The position numbers and the translations under genes are program-made. A DNA stretch of 59,534 nt, the filler included, from Basidiobolus meristosporus CBS 931.73 (lineage: Eukaryota; Fungi; Basidiobolomycota): assembly GCA_002104905.1 (NCBI GenBank). It is 3 parts of 3 records of this genome, joined end to end, with 100 filler letters (N's around TTAATTAATTAA, not from the genome) between each part and the next. Parts side by side here need not be neighbours in the genome. Positions count along the whole stretch, not along the records: positions 22,730 to 48,536 come from MCFE01000924.1; 2 more parts are not named here. One strand, written 5' to 3'. Below the pieces are notes generated by a model that was not told the origin of the DNA, did not search any database, and was given only the letters and a program-made list of their open reading frames with translations. Below are positions 22,731-35,339 of this stretch, one piece after another (the stretch's first letter is position 1; every line of letters begins with the position of its first letter).

Positions 22731-25700
22731 ACTTGGACTGACTTAGGATAATAAACTGGGTACTTCTGTCTGTGAAGAACTATATCCATAAGTAGTAGCT
22801 GAGTTCTCCCCAGATTTGGACATCTTGACCTTCTTAGAGAGGCTGGATTTAGACTCTGCCAGTATTTCTAAGTTATTGACAGCCATAACAAGATCTTCCA
22901 TATAAAGTACTAATAGATATGGATTTGCTCTATCTGGCTTATAATAGATACTATAGTTGGCAGTACTCCTTTGGAGACTCAAAGATTCCAAATAAGAATC
23001 TATCTTGCAATTTGAGGCTCTTGGTATTTATTTTAGACCATATAGAGATGTTTTAAGCTTGCAGACCAAATGGGGGCTATCCTGATCAACAAACTCATTA
23101 GTCTAGTCATTGTACACATCCTCATCAGGTTCCCCATTCAGAAATCCAGCTTTTACATCCATTTGATGAATGATAAACTTATAAAAGTTAAGGCCTCAAT
23201 ATAGTGAAGTTGTTTTGCTTGTGAGAATCCTTTGGCCACAGGTCTTGCTTTGTATCTTTCAACTTTACTGTCAGCCTTGTATTATTACTTCAAGATCCAT
23301 GTGCATCCAATTGGTTTTTAGTTGATTGGTAACTTGCTTTTCCATCAGGGCCTGATACTCCTCAGTCATTGCCAATCTCCAAAACTTTGTCTGAGGGCTA
23401 TTCAGGGCTTCTTATACCACCTGAGGTCCATCAATATGGACTGAATAGGCATAGGTTAAGTTTTAACCTCAATTGATATAGATATTGGGGCTATTTCTGG
23501 ACCAGTTGGATCACATGATTTGTAATACTGGAGTGATCACTTTTAGGATATTCCTGGCCACCAACTCTGGCTGCACCATAGTTGTAGAGTACTCTGGAGT
23601 GACTGAATTCCCACTGCTCTGCTCTGATTCAATCCTGATTATGGGTGAACTTATGATCAGATTTTTGTCACCATCTGATGACATTTTTTGTGAAAATTTT
23701 GAGTTTTCATCAAACAACAGATCTCTAGACTTGATTGGCTTCTTTGCTTTGGTATTGTGGAGTCTGTAGACCTTACTTGCATTACAGTAGCCCAAAAATA
23801 CACATTTTGCACCTTTTGGCTCTAGTTTTAACTAAAATCTGGTCAGTTTCTTGACATATGCAGTGCACCCAGGCACTCTTAGATGCTCTGCACTTGGTAT
23901 GTACCTATACCATGCCTCAAATGGAGTAGAATCATAGAGTGCTCTGCTACAACTCCTGTTCCTGAGAAGTAGAGCTGTAGCAGCTAATTCCACCCAAATG
24001 TCATAGGATAGTTGTGATCATGGATCATAGAACTTGCCATATCAATTAATGATCTGTTTGCACTTCTGCCACCTGATTTTGCTGTGGGGAGTATGGTACA
24101 GTACTCCCTTGCTTTACCCCGTCAATCTTGCGGAAGTGGATGAAAGGTTTTGAGGTATATTTTCCACCAGTATCAGGGTATATTTTCATGATTTTTTCAC
24201 CAGTTTCTCCCTCCACCATGGCTTTAGACTCCCTGGGCTTAGATAGAGCTTGCTCCTTTCTCTCCCTGAAGTAGATCTATGAGTATCTGTATAAGCATCA
24301 ATAAAAGTAGTTAAATACTTCATCCTGCCTAAGGATATATGTTGCACATGTTGACAAATATCTAGGTAAATTAGATCTATTTTTTCTTAATTTTGATTAA
24401 CCCAGAGCTTGTGAATGGTTGTCTGGCTTGCTCCACATACATGTAGGCTTCACAGTGCTCCAAAAAGCTGATCTATTGATCAGTGATCCTGCATCCAGAA
24501 TTATGAAACTGAAACTGAGTCCTTCTACTGTGGCCTTGCTTACGGATATTAGGTTCTTGGCTATTTTGGGTACATAGAGTACTTCTTTGAAGGTACATGT
24601 GTGGCTTCCTTCACTGCTACTAAGGTTAACTTGCATAGTTCCTTCCCCAACAACATCAAGTATTCTGCTGTCACCCATAGAAACCCTTTCAATTGAAACT
24701 TTTGATAGTAAGTAAAAAGCTCATTGAGGTGTGTGAAGTGTTGATATACTACAGAGTCAGTATACAACTTCTGAGAAGTCCTGTTTGTGGTCATATTTGG
24801 TGCAGATATGAGTAGTCTATCTTCAGTTGTGGCAGCATTTCCATATTCATGCTTCTTTGGTTAGTTAATACTCCTTTTGAGGTGCTGGTCTAATGTGCAT
24901 CCTTTCCATTTGCAGTAGTTGCAAAACAGGTTGCTGTTGCATTTAAAGGGTTTTGAGTACCTCCTTTGTTTGTTATCATTGCTTATTAGAGTTTTTTCTC
25001 TTCCTTTTTATTGGTGATCCATTTACTTAATTCTTCATCCAGGAGCCTTTCATAAAAGTGATATATGGTCAAATCTTCAACTCTGGACTTTAGGGCTAAT
25101 ACAAGTCCCTGAAACCTATCTGTCAGGCTAAACAGGATAGCTACTATCACATTGTCATCAGTAGTTGGTGCCTCCAGAGACTCTATCTCATTAACCAACA
25201 GAGTGATTTTGTTGATTAGATTTTTCAATTCTGCCACTGGCAGCATCTTTGTAGTAAAGAATTTTTGTCTAAGATATAGCAATACTGCAGCTGCTCATGA
25301 CTGATATGTGTCTTCTAATGACTACCAGGCATTTTCTGTTATTTTTGCTCTTGAGCAATGAATTACCAACTTATCTGCAACATTGAGGCCAATGCACTTG
25401 AAGGCTTTAATTCTTTCTTCTGCTATTTTGGGGCTTCCTCTCCTATACTTTTAGGAGGGCATTCTTCTCCAATGATAATGTCCCAAAGGCCACTTTCTTA
25501 TAGCAGCATCCTCAACTTTACCATCCACACATGGTAGGTAGATTTATCCAACTTTTCAGCAGAGGGAAAAACTCCAGTCATGGCAGTAGGAGACAATGCA
25601 GAGGGTGACAGCTTGGGGCCCATAACCTGTTGAAAGGGTCTTGGAGATATTGGAAGTGATGAGAAGAGTAAGCAGACTATATGCTTTTTACTTAGTGGTC

Positions 25701-25877
25701 TGTTGATTGGGAAACAACTTTGAGAATTCTCATATTCTGGGTACCTGATATTGTGGTGAAAATATTCCAAGTAAATCCCAACAAGGAATTTGGTCAGTAT
25801 TCTCTAGGATTTGAGGGTACTGATCTAAGTGACTAAGTTAGGTGAATATTTAGGTGGAATTACAAATTTTTACAACA
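22731..25877 (-). mobile_element. Degenerate copia copy C (RT, integrase, gag remnants, PBS, LTR 25628-25877)
   Basis: Collinear with copy A but with many stops. PBS GGTTATGGGCCC adjoins the LTR at 25627. Confidence 0.85.
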
Positions 25878-26906
25878 CTCCCACTCAGCTAAATGTTCAT
25901 ACTGACTAGTCCTAATTTTGACCTAAGATATTCAAACTTGTCTCTAGCTAATGGTTTGGTAAATATGTCTGCAATCATTTCATCTGTAGGACAGTAAACT
26001 AAGCTAACTAAGTTATTCTCTATAGCTTCACGTATGAAATGATGTCTAATATCTATGTGCTTGGTTCTAGCATGAAAAGTTGGATTTCTACCTAATTGTA
26101 TACATCCTTGATTATCTTGAAATAAAGTAATAGGCGTTTTTTGACATAGGCCTAAATCTGTAAAAAGCTTTCTTAACCACATTGCTTCTTTTGTAGCTTC
26201 ACAGGCTGCCATGTACTCTGCCTCTGTGGTAGAAAGTGCTACAGTTGGTTGCTTTCTTGAATTCCATGAAATTGCTCCTTTACAGTAAAGAAAGGTGTAT
26301 CCTGTGGTGGATCTTCTGTTGTCCAAATTTCATCCCCAATCGGCATCATAGTATCCCGCAAGATCCTGTTCTGAATCCTTATAAGTGTATGTCAAGCAGA
26401 TATCAGCAGTTCCTTTTAGCTATCTAAGAATCTGCTTAACTGCTGCAATACGATCAGATCCATAGTTCTGATTATGTTGGCTGTCAACTCCCACTGAATA
26501 TGAGATATTTGGACATGTTCCAAGCATGATATACATCAGACTGCCAACCATAGATTGATAAGGAAAGTCAGGGCTTTCAGATGGCACCAAGCTCTCTTGA
26601 TATGGTTGAGTTTTGACCAAGTTAAGGTTTGTCTTCATTGGGGTAGCTGCCGGTTTACAGTCTTGCATGTGGTACTTCTTTAGTATATCTTGAGTATACT
26701 TGGATTGGCTTAGGGTGATAGTCTGGGTACTTCTGTCTATGGAGAACTTAATCCCTAAGTAGTAATTAAGCTCTCCTAGATTGGACATCTTGAGCTCCTT
26801 AGATAGGCTGGATTTAGTCTCTCCCAATGTTTCTAGGATTTGAGGGTAATGATCTAAGTGACTAAGTTAGGTGAATATTTAGGTGGAAGTACAAGTTTTT
26901 ACAGCA
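25878..26906 (-). mobile_element. Internally deleted copia copy D (part of 5' LTR fused to RT, intact RNase H, PPT), in tandem with copy C
   Basis: RNase H ORF 25889-26326 ([30 protein letters not shown]). LTR fragment about 26832-26906. The PPT abuts LTR 25628-25877. Confidence 0.85.
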
Positions 26907-28462
26907 ATTTTATCACTTCTCAGAATCTATTTTTAGCTGTGACACCTGATCAATTTTCATGTGGTCATTACATCCACATCTGATCAGCCAAGCCTTCCCA
27001 AGAGATTAGTAATCTGAGATCTATCCCAAAACTTAGCAATTACCAAGACATCAGCTGATTGATGATGCAATTTTCATTTATCTTATGTGCCAATCTACAT
27101 TCATATCAATTTCAATTAGTCCGGTCTCTTAGTGCTTACTAACTCAACTTGATCAAAAGAGTATAAGAAGTTTACCAAACCTCTTGGCTTAGGGTGTGTC
27201 TCAGCAAAATTAAGAACTCAACAATTACATTCTAGTTTCTACCCAAGCCCAGCATTTCTAGCACACCTAAGAACACCAGCCTAGCCTGTGTAATAAACCA
27301 ACTCTGTTGCCTTTGTAGCCAAACCCAGCTATTTACAAGACCAACATTAGACCAGAACCTCTCTGCTAATATTTCTGTCACTCTCTGACAATTCTAAGAT
27401 TCTGCACTTGGTTGTCACTTGGGTTCAGCTAAACCATTCAGGAGTTTTATTGCACTTTCCTATTGGATAAAACACTCCTTTGGCAGGCTGGATTTAGTTG
27501 CTTTCAGTGTTTCAAGGTGATTGGCAGCTATAGTTAGATCATCCACATATTGAGCTATTTAAACTGGACTTGCTCTGTATGGCTTATAGCATGTGCTGTA
27601 ATTAGCAGTACCCCTTTGAAACAAAAGGATTCCCAATAAGAATTCTTCTTGCAATTCCAGGCTCTTGGTGACCGTTTTAGTCCACATAATACTTTAAGCT
27701 TGCAGCAATGTGGGTTATCTTGGTTAACAAGCCCATCAGGCTGGTCTATATACATGCCCTCATTGGGTTCTCCATTCAAAATGCAGTTTTTACATCCATT
27801 TGATGTATAAGAAACTTATATATGGCTGCAATAGCTAATATCAGTCTGATGGAATTAAGCCTGGCTACTGGTGCAAAGGTCTCAGTATAGTCAAGTCCTT
27901 TTGTTTGACAGTATCTTTTGTCCACAAGTGCTGCTTTGCATCTTTCAATTTTACTATCAGCCTTGCATTTTGTCTTGAAGACCCATCTGCATCCAATTGA
28001 TTTTTGGTTGACTAGTGACTTGTCTAAGTCCCATGTCTGATTATTCATCAGGGGCTGATACTCCTCAATCATTGCAGATCTGCAAGACTCTATCAGAGGG
28101 GTACTCAGGGCCTCTTTCAGAGTCTTGGGCTCATTAATATGGACTGTGTAGGTATAGGCTAAGTATGTATCCTTGTTGATACAGTAATATGGGCAATTTC
28201 TGGTTTAGTTGGATCTCCACATTTGTGATTCTGGAACAATCACTTCTTGGATATTCCAGGGCACTGATTTGGGCTGAACTGTGGTTGCAGAGCTCTTTGG
28301 AGTGAGAAAATGCTAACTGTTTTGCTCTGATTCAATCCTGACTATTAGTGGACTTGAGATCAGATTTTTGTCATCATTGGATGTCATTTTTTGTAAGCAT
28401 ATTATATTTTCACCAAACAGCATATCCACGCACTTGGTCAGCTTCTTTGCAGTGGTATTATA

Positions 28463-28838
28463 TGCAAGTACTAAATGTAGTACCCACTCTTTGCCCAAGA
28501 GTTCTCCCCAGAGTCCTGCCCAAAGTCCTTCAGTATCCTCCCTATGATTCCCCACATACCCTCCCTCATATTGCTGCCCCTATCTAGTTAGAACACTTAC
28601 CATAACAGGAGGGTGTTAACACCCCTATTTTGTTACACATTGTCTATTATTTAAGCCCCCCAAGTGATATATATATATCTATCCAATTGAACCAAGGAGA
28701 GGACAAGATGATTAGGATGGAATAAACACAAGTCTTTATTAACTTGCTTACTTCTACTGGAAGTTATTTGGAACCAAGTGGTACTGACTTGACCTACAAG
28801 CTCTCCCACTCACCAAGTACAATCAGTAATAACCCACA
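28463..28838 (+). repeat. Solo LTR of gypsy G1 (376 bp) inserted in copia E
   Basis: TG...CA ends and perfect TSD TTATA at 28458-28462 and 28839-28843. Reverse complement of 14782-15128. Confidence 0.9.
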
Positions 28839-28934
28839 TTATACAGTCTAGATGTGTTACTATCATTGCATTAGCCCAAAAATATGCATTTGACAATTGT
28901 GGACTCATCTTTTGCCTGATTTCTGGGCGGTTTC

Positions 28935-29283
28935 TGTTGTCAAAATTTGTAATTCCACCTAAATATTCACCTAACTTAGTCACTTAGATCATTACCCTCA
29001 AATCCTAGAGAATACTGACCAAATTCCTTGTTGGGATTTACTTGGAATATTTTCACCACAATATCAGGTATCCAGAATATGAGAATTCTCAAAGTTGTTC
29101 AAACAGCTCCAAATTTTGCACACATGATCTTGGGACCTTCCTTAACCTATTCTATGTGCTTGTAGAACCAGGACTATGTAAAAGTATAAATACTACTTTT
29201 ACATTCAATAAATCATTAAGTGAAAACCACATAATCTACTTGCTCTCCCAATCACTTTCAATATCTCCAAGACTCTTATAACA
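28935..29283 (+). repeat. Solo copia LTR (349 bp) inserted antisense in copia E
   Basis: TGTTG...TAACA ends and perfect TSD GTTTC at 28930-28934 and 29284-29288. Confidence 0.92.
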
Positions 29284-31610
29284 GTTTCTTGGTATATGCT
29301 GTTGACAAGGATACTCTCACATGATCTGCACTTTGTATGCATCTCTGTCATGCTTCAAACGGAGAAGAATCACAAAGTATTCTGCCAAAACTGTTATTTT
29401 TATGGCTTACAGCTGTGGCAACTAATTCCATTCAAAAATTATAGAATAACTTTGAATCATGGACTATAGATCATGCCATATCAGTTATTACTCTGTATGC
29501 ATGTTCTGCTACTTCATTTTGCTGCGGGGAGTATGGCTCAGTAGTCTCTTCCTTTATCTCAAGAGTTCTGCATAAGTGCGTGAAGAGTTCTGAGGTTTAT
29601 TCATTACCACAGTCAGAGCATATTTTCTTCATTTTTCCACCAGTTTCTCTCTGCACCCTGGCTTTGAGCTCCTTGAGCTTAAACAGAGCTTCTTCCTTTA
29701 TCTCCATGAAGTAGACCCACATGTATCTGTATAGTTATCAATAAAAGTGATTGAATACTTCATCCAGCCTCAGGGTAAGTTTTATGTAGGACCACACAGA
29801 TTCAAGTGAGTAAGATCTAAATATTTCTAAGTTTTGATTCACCCAGAGGTCCTGAATGACTGTCCGGTCTGTTTCCCATATATGTATATTCCAAAGTACT
29901 CCCAAGTAGCCAGGGGATTTATCTTACTGCAGAAATTAGCTGATCTTGATCATTTTTTGCAAATAATCAAAATTGATGTGTACAAAACTCCAGTAGCAGA
30001 GCAATGGTGTTTCTTCATTTAAGTTACCTACATTGGCTTCTAAATATGACAGAGTACAAGGCTACTTATAAAGATTCCAATCCCTGATACATAATGCAAT
30101 ATGGGCACCATTTTGATCAGTGATCCTGTGTCAAGAATTGTCAAAGCTCAAGCTGAGTCCTTCTGCTGTGGCCTTGCATAGAGATAGTAGCTTCATGGCT
30201 ATTTCTGGTACATATAATACATCTTTGAAGGTAAGTGTATGGTATCCTTCACTGTTTCTAAGGTTTACTTGTATAGTTCATTCTCCCACTGCATCAAGTG
30301 TTCTAATGTTACCTATGAGAATATACTTAATTGGAACTTTGAGATTTTGGGTAAAAAGCTCCTATTGGAATATAGAGTGCTGAGAAGCTCCAGAGTCAGT
30401 ATACTGTTGCTGAGAACTCTTATTTGTGATCATATTTAGTGCAGAAATGAATAGTCTACCTTCAGTTGTTGCAGCATTTCCACATTCATGCTATTGCTGC
30501 TGACTGTCACTCCTTTTGAGGCATGCGTTAGATGTGTTTACTCTCCTCTTGCAGTAATTGCAAAGTAGGTTGCTATTGCCTTTAAAGGGTCCTGGAAAAC
30601 TTCTTTGTTGATTATCATTGCTTATTAAAGCGATTGCATTTTCTTATTTGTGCTTGATTTTGCTGAATCTTCATCCAGGGGCCTTTAATTTATGAAATTC
30701 AAGGTCAAATCTTCAGTTCTGGACTCAAGGGCTAATACAAGGCCCTGAAGCATCTCTATCAGGCTACCTAATATGGTAACTATCATATCCTCATCAGTAG
30801 TTGGTACACCAACAGATTCCATCTCATTCACCAGCATGGTAATTTTGTTAATTAATTTTTCATTTCTTCTCCTGGCGGCATCTTTGCAGCAAAGAGTTTC
30901 TGTTAAAGATACACTTTCTTAACAGCTGAACATAGCTGCTATGTGTCTATTAATGCCTTCTAGGCATTCTTTGTCATATTTGCTCTTGTGCATTGAATTT
31001 GCAATTTGTCTTTAACATTAAGGCAAATGCAGTTGAAGGAACTTGGTTCTGTCTTCTGTACTTTATGGCTTCCTCTTCCAAGCTTTTAGGAGGGCATTCT
31101 TCTTGCATAACAATATCCCACAGTCTTCTTTCTTTTAGCAGCATCTTGATCTTCACCTTCCACACTGGGTAGTCAGATCCATCCAACTTTTCAGCAGACA
31201 GAAATATTCCACTAATTACAATAGTAAATATTGCAGAGAGTGACAGCTAGGGATCCATAACCTATTGTAAGAGTCTTAGTAATATTGGAAGTAATTATGG
31301 GAACAAGTAGATTATGTGGCTTTCACTTGATAGTTATTGAATGTAAAAGCAGTACTTGAACTTTTGCACGGTTTTGTCAGAACAAGATTATAGAATAGGC
31401 TTGGGAAGGGCCCAAGAGCATGTGTGCAAAATTTTGGGCTGTTTGGATAACCTTGAGAATTTTGATGTTCTGGGCACCTGCCATTTTGGTAGAAATATTC
31501 TAAGTAAATCCCTGCAAGGTATTTGGATGGTGTTTTCTAGGACTTGTAGGTAAAGATGTAAGTGACTAAGCTGGGTGAATATTTAGGTGGAACTACAAAT
31601 TTTTTCAGTA

Positions 31611-32639
31611 AGGTGTATCTTGAGCATAAATCAGCAGCACCTTTTGGGAATCTAAAAAGCTGCCTAACTGCCGCAATACAATCAGATTCATAATTCTGAT
31701 AATACTGGCTTACAGCCTCCACTGAATATGCAATATTGGGATGTGCTCCCAGCATGATATACATCAGACTATCAGCCATAGATTGATCAGGGAGTTTGGG
31801 TGTTCAGATGGAATCAAGCTCTGTTGATTTAGTTGAGTTTTAACTAAGTTGAGATTAGTTTCCATTGGGGTAGCTTCCAGTTTAAGCCTTCCATTTGTCA
31901 CTTCTCTAGTAAATCCTCCATATACTTGGACTAGTCTGGCGTGAGTGTCTAGGCACTTCTGCTTTTGTAGAGCTATACCCCTAAGTAGTCACCAAGATCT
32001 CTTAATTTGGATATTCTGATTGCCTTAGGTAGGCACTACTTAGTCCCTGTGAATGTTCCCAAGTTGTTGATGGCCATTATACAGTCTTCCACATTTGGAC
32101 CTAATAGAACTGAGATTACTCTATCTGGCTTATAGTAAATACCTCACTAAGTGGTACTTATTTGGAAGCTCAAAGACTTGATATAACAATCTGTCTAGGA
32201 GTTCCTTGCATTTTGTGAAAGCTTGAGACCAAATAGAGATTTCAAGCTTACTAAACAAATGAAGGTTATCTTGTCCAAGAAACTCTTCAAGCTGGTACAT
32301 GCACATGTCCTTGCTGAGTTCTCTATTCAAAAGTGAAGCTTTCTACACATCTTATGAGTAATAAACTTTTATTTTGCCACAATTGTCAATATTTGTATGA
32401 TAGAATTAAGCTTGGCTACTGGTGTAAAGGTCTCACTTTAGTCCTATCCTTTTGCTTTAGCATACTCTTTGGCCACAGGTCTTAATTTGTATCTTTTAGT
32501 TGTACCATTAGCCTTATATACTCTCTTGAAGGCCTATATGCATCCAATTGATATTTGGCTGATTGGTAAAATGACCAAGTCTATTCAACTGTACCTTGGA
32601 GCCTGATATTCCTCAGTCATTGCAGATCTCCAAAACTTC
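31611..32639 (-). mobile_element. Heavily decayed copia RT fragment (copy F)
   Basis: Collinear with about 16780-17800 of copy A. Confidence 0.7.
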
Positions 32640-32961
32640 ATAAATATGGATAAGTGTAATATAACAGCTATATATTCAAATTTACCTGTGGGGGGATGCT
32701 AACACATCATTGTGATTAAAAACTTTCACAAAGTATTTTGTGAGATACACATTGTAACCTATTTTGAGGGCTTCTGCACAGTATTCCCATTGCAATAGTA
32801 TCTCTTAGAAATGGTATTGATGTTTTGCAACAGCCTTTGACAGCATCAGAAATGTTACCTTTCAGGGTACTCCAATGTGGAAAAATATTGTGAAAATGTA
32901 CAAAGGTTTAAGAGTTCTTGGGAAAGGTGTTCAATTAATTCAAGTGATATTAGGTGATTTG

Positions 32962-35339
32962 TATTATAAACTAAGCCTTGAATGTCTAGGTTAGATCAGC
33001 ATTTATTAAGATCAATTTGTTTTATGCTTAGCCTATCAGTAAATCAATGGTATCTATCAAATCAGTGGTATTAGTTAGTAGATGAATCAGCAGATCATTA
33101 TCAGAGAGGAACCAACATATTTAGCAAGATCTGACTGGGTGATGATGATTGAGTTAAATGGAGCAGCAGCCACAACCTACATAAAGAAATACAATTAGCC
33201 AGCAATTAATCTGGCAATTTAAATACAAGGAGCTGCTGGAACCTCAGTAGGGATCTGTCCAAGCTTTAGCAAATACAATACTAGCAAAGCTCCCTATTCC
33301 TCTACAGCTTTTATATCAAGACTTGTAAACGGACTTCAGCTTGGTTAATTCTGATGTATTGGACACAAGTGAACTCAGAATGACACAGTTCAGTAGAGCA
33401 CTCAGAGAAAGTGCCCAGATGTCTCTCATGGCAGTATTACAGAGGAATCTTCTACTCTAGTTCCCCATCAGGTCTAACATCTTCTGAAGGAGTGCTCATA
33501 TTTGTTGCTTGAAGAATTTGTAACCCTACTACTAGTCAAAAATACAAATCATGGCATTGACATTGGAGTTGGACCCCAGAGAGCAAGCCTCTTTACAGGA
33601 TGAGTCCATTGGAGCTGTAAGAGGTGTAGAGACAATTTGATCAACTATTATAGCAAAGATACATTAAGCCCAGCAAGTCTCCTTGGGAAGCACCAGTGCT
33701 TCTTGTGAAAAAGAAGGATGGAATGCTTAGGATGTGCATTGACTACAAAGCCCCCAACTCAGTTGCTGTGAAGAATAGGTGCTCCATACCTTGGATTGAT
33801 GAGCTTTTGGACCAACTTAATGGAGCCTCTGTATTCAGCAAGATTTGCCTCATAACAGAATGTAACCATTTTAGGATGAAGCCAGAAAATATCCCCAAGA
33901 CAGCATTCAGGACTAGGCGTAGACCCTTCAAGCACTTGGTGATGAGTTTTAGTCCCACCAATGCCCCTGCAACAGCTGTGACCTCTATGCAAGCTCTCTT
34001 CTAAGTGTACTTGCACAGGTTGGTGGAAATCCACCTTAATGACATAGTGCTTGAATCAGATTGACCTAGCCTATCAACAAAGTTCTTAGAAGACCATGGC
34101 ATTGCCCATGAGGTATATGAAGATATCAAGAAGACTGCTGATGATGGAGCCAACAAATTTATAGCACAGGATGAAACACTCTACCAGATTGTTGATGAAA
34201 GCCCTATTGCCTATTATCCCTATATTCTTTGCCTTGATCTGATACACTAGCTAAATAATGTACACAAACATCTTGGAACTGAAGGAACCTATAGCCTTGT
34301 AAAAGCTAGAACATGGTGGCCCAGAATGAAATACAATATTGAGAAGCTAGTGAAAACATCCCTAAGTTACCAAATCAGCCAAGGTAACCACAGGGAATTG
34401 CTGAGCTGTTGCCCTTGTAGCCAGTAAGAACATCTCAGAGAAGAGGGATTGATTTTATTGGAAGACTGCCAGTAATGGGAAATGCAATTAGGGGATTTTA
34501 GTAGCATTTAAACATGCAGCCCAAAGACCAGTGACAAGAGCTGTACCAGCAGTCAGTGAGCAAGTAGCAGCAAGTTTCATATACCATGAGATCATCATGA
34601 TGTTTGGATTCCCTGTGGAAATCATATTGGATAGAGGAGCAAGCATAGTGGTAAAGACATTGGATGCATACTAGGAAATGCTGTATATCAAACATTTGAA
34701 AACTTTGGCATATCACTATACAACTAATGGTGTCACTGAGTGGTTTCATTGATTTTCTGGGGAAGTGCTAACCTAGTATGCAAATAGAGCTGTAAGCAGC
34801 TGGGAAAAGTATATAGACCAGTCACTGTTTGCCTGCAGAGTTAGGGTCCAGAACACCACCCAACAATTGCCATTGGACATGAACCAATGATTCCAGGAGA
34901 TCACATACAGCCAAAAACCACCATACCATTTAGTAGACAAACATGGGAATGTCTAACAGGATTTAATTCATAAAGACAGACTCAAGCTTGCAAGACTTCC
35001 CAATAATGCTGACCCATCAAAATACTGGTATCACAGGAAAAGAGATTCTAAAGAAGCCTCTCATCTTCAGTAAGGAAGAATGTTATGAACTGACCCTTGA
35101 ACGTCTGATTTAGATCAATTCTTAGTCAACTCATTTAGCTTAATGCTTAGCCTATGGTATATCAGAATTATCCATCAGATCAGGATATATGATTAGTTGG
35201 CAATTGATCTGCCAGAGTGTATATGAGGAGCAGCTGGAACTTCAACAAATATCAGGTCAAGTTTTAGTGAATGCAATACTAGCTAAGCTTCCAATTCCTC
35301 TACAACTCTTATATCAAGAGTTTTAGCATTTGTGTAACA
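32962..35339 (+). mobile_element. Decayed, internally deleted gypsy G2 copy (5' LTR fused to pol, RT and integrase remnants, PPT, short 3' LTR 35081-35339)
   Basis: ORF 33696-34004 matches the RT of 46021-48366. An IDFIGRLP-like integrase remnant lies near 34445. Purine tract AAGGAAGAA precedes TGTTATG at 35081. Confidence 0.75.

Larger units (their letters stand above)
27475..31610 (-). mobile_element. Degenerate copia copy E carrying two solo-LTR insertions; 5' LTR about 31263-31610
   Basis: RT, integrase and gag remnants are collinear with copy A. PBS variant GGTTATGGATCC. Confidence 0.8.

Noticed and set aside
34800-35075. Chromodomain at the end of the G2 integrase
   Set aside because: The remnant reads as a plain integrase tail (PYHLVDKHGN...DLIHKDRLKL) with no chromodomain motif.
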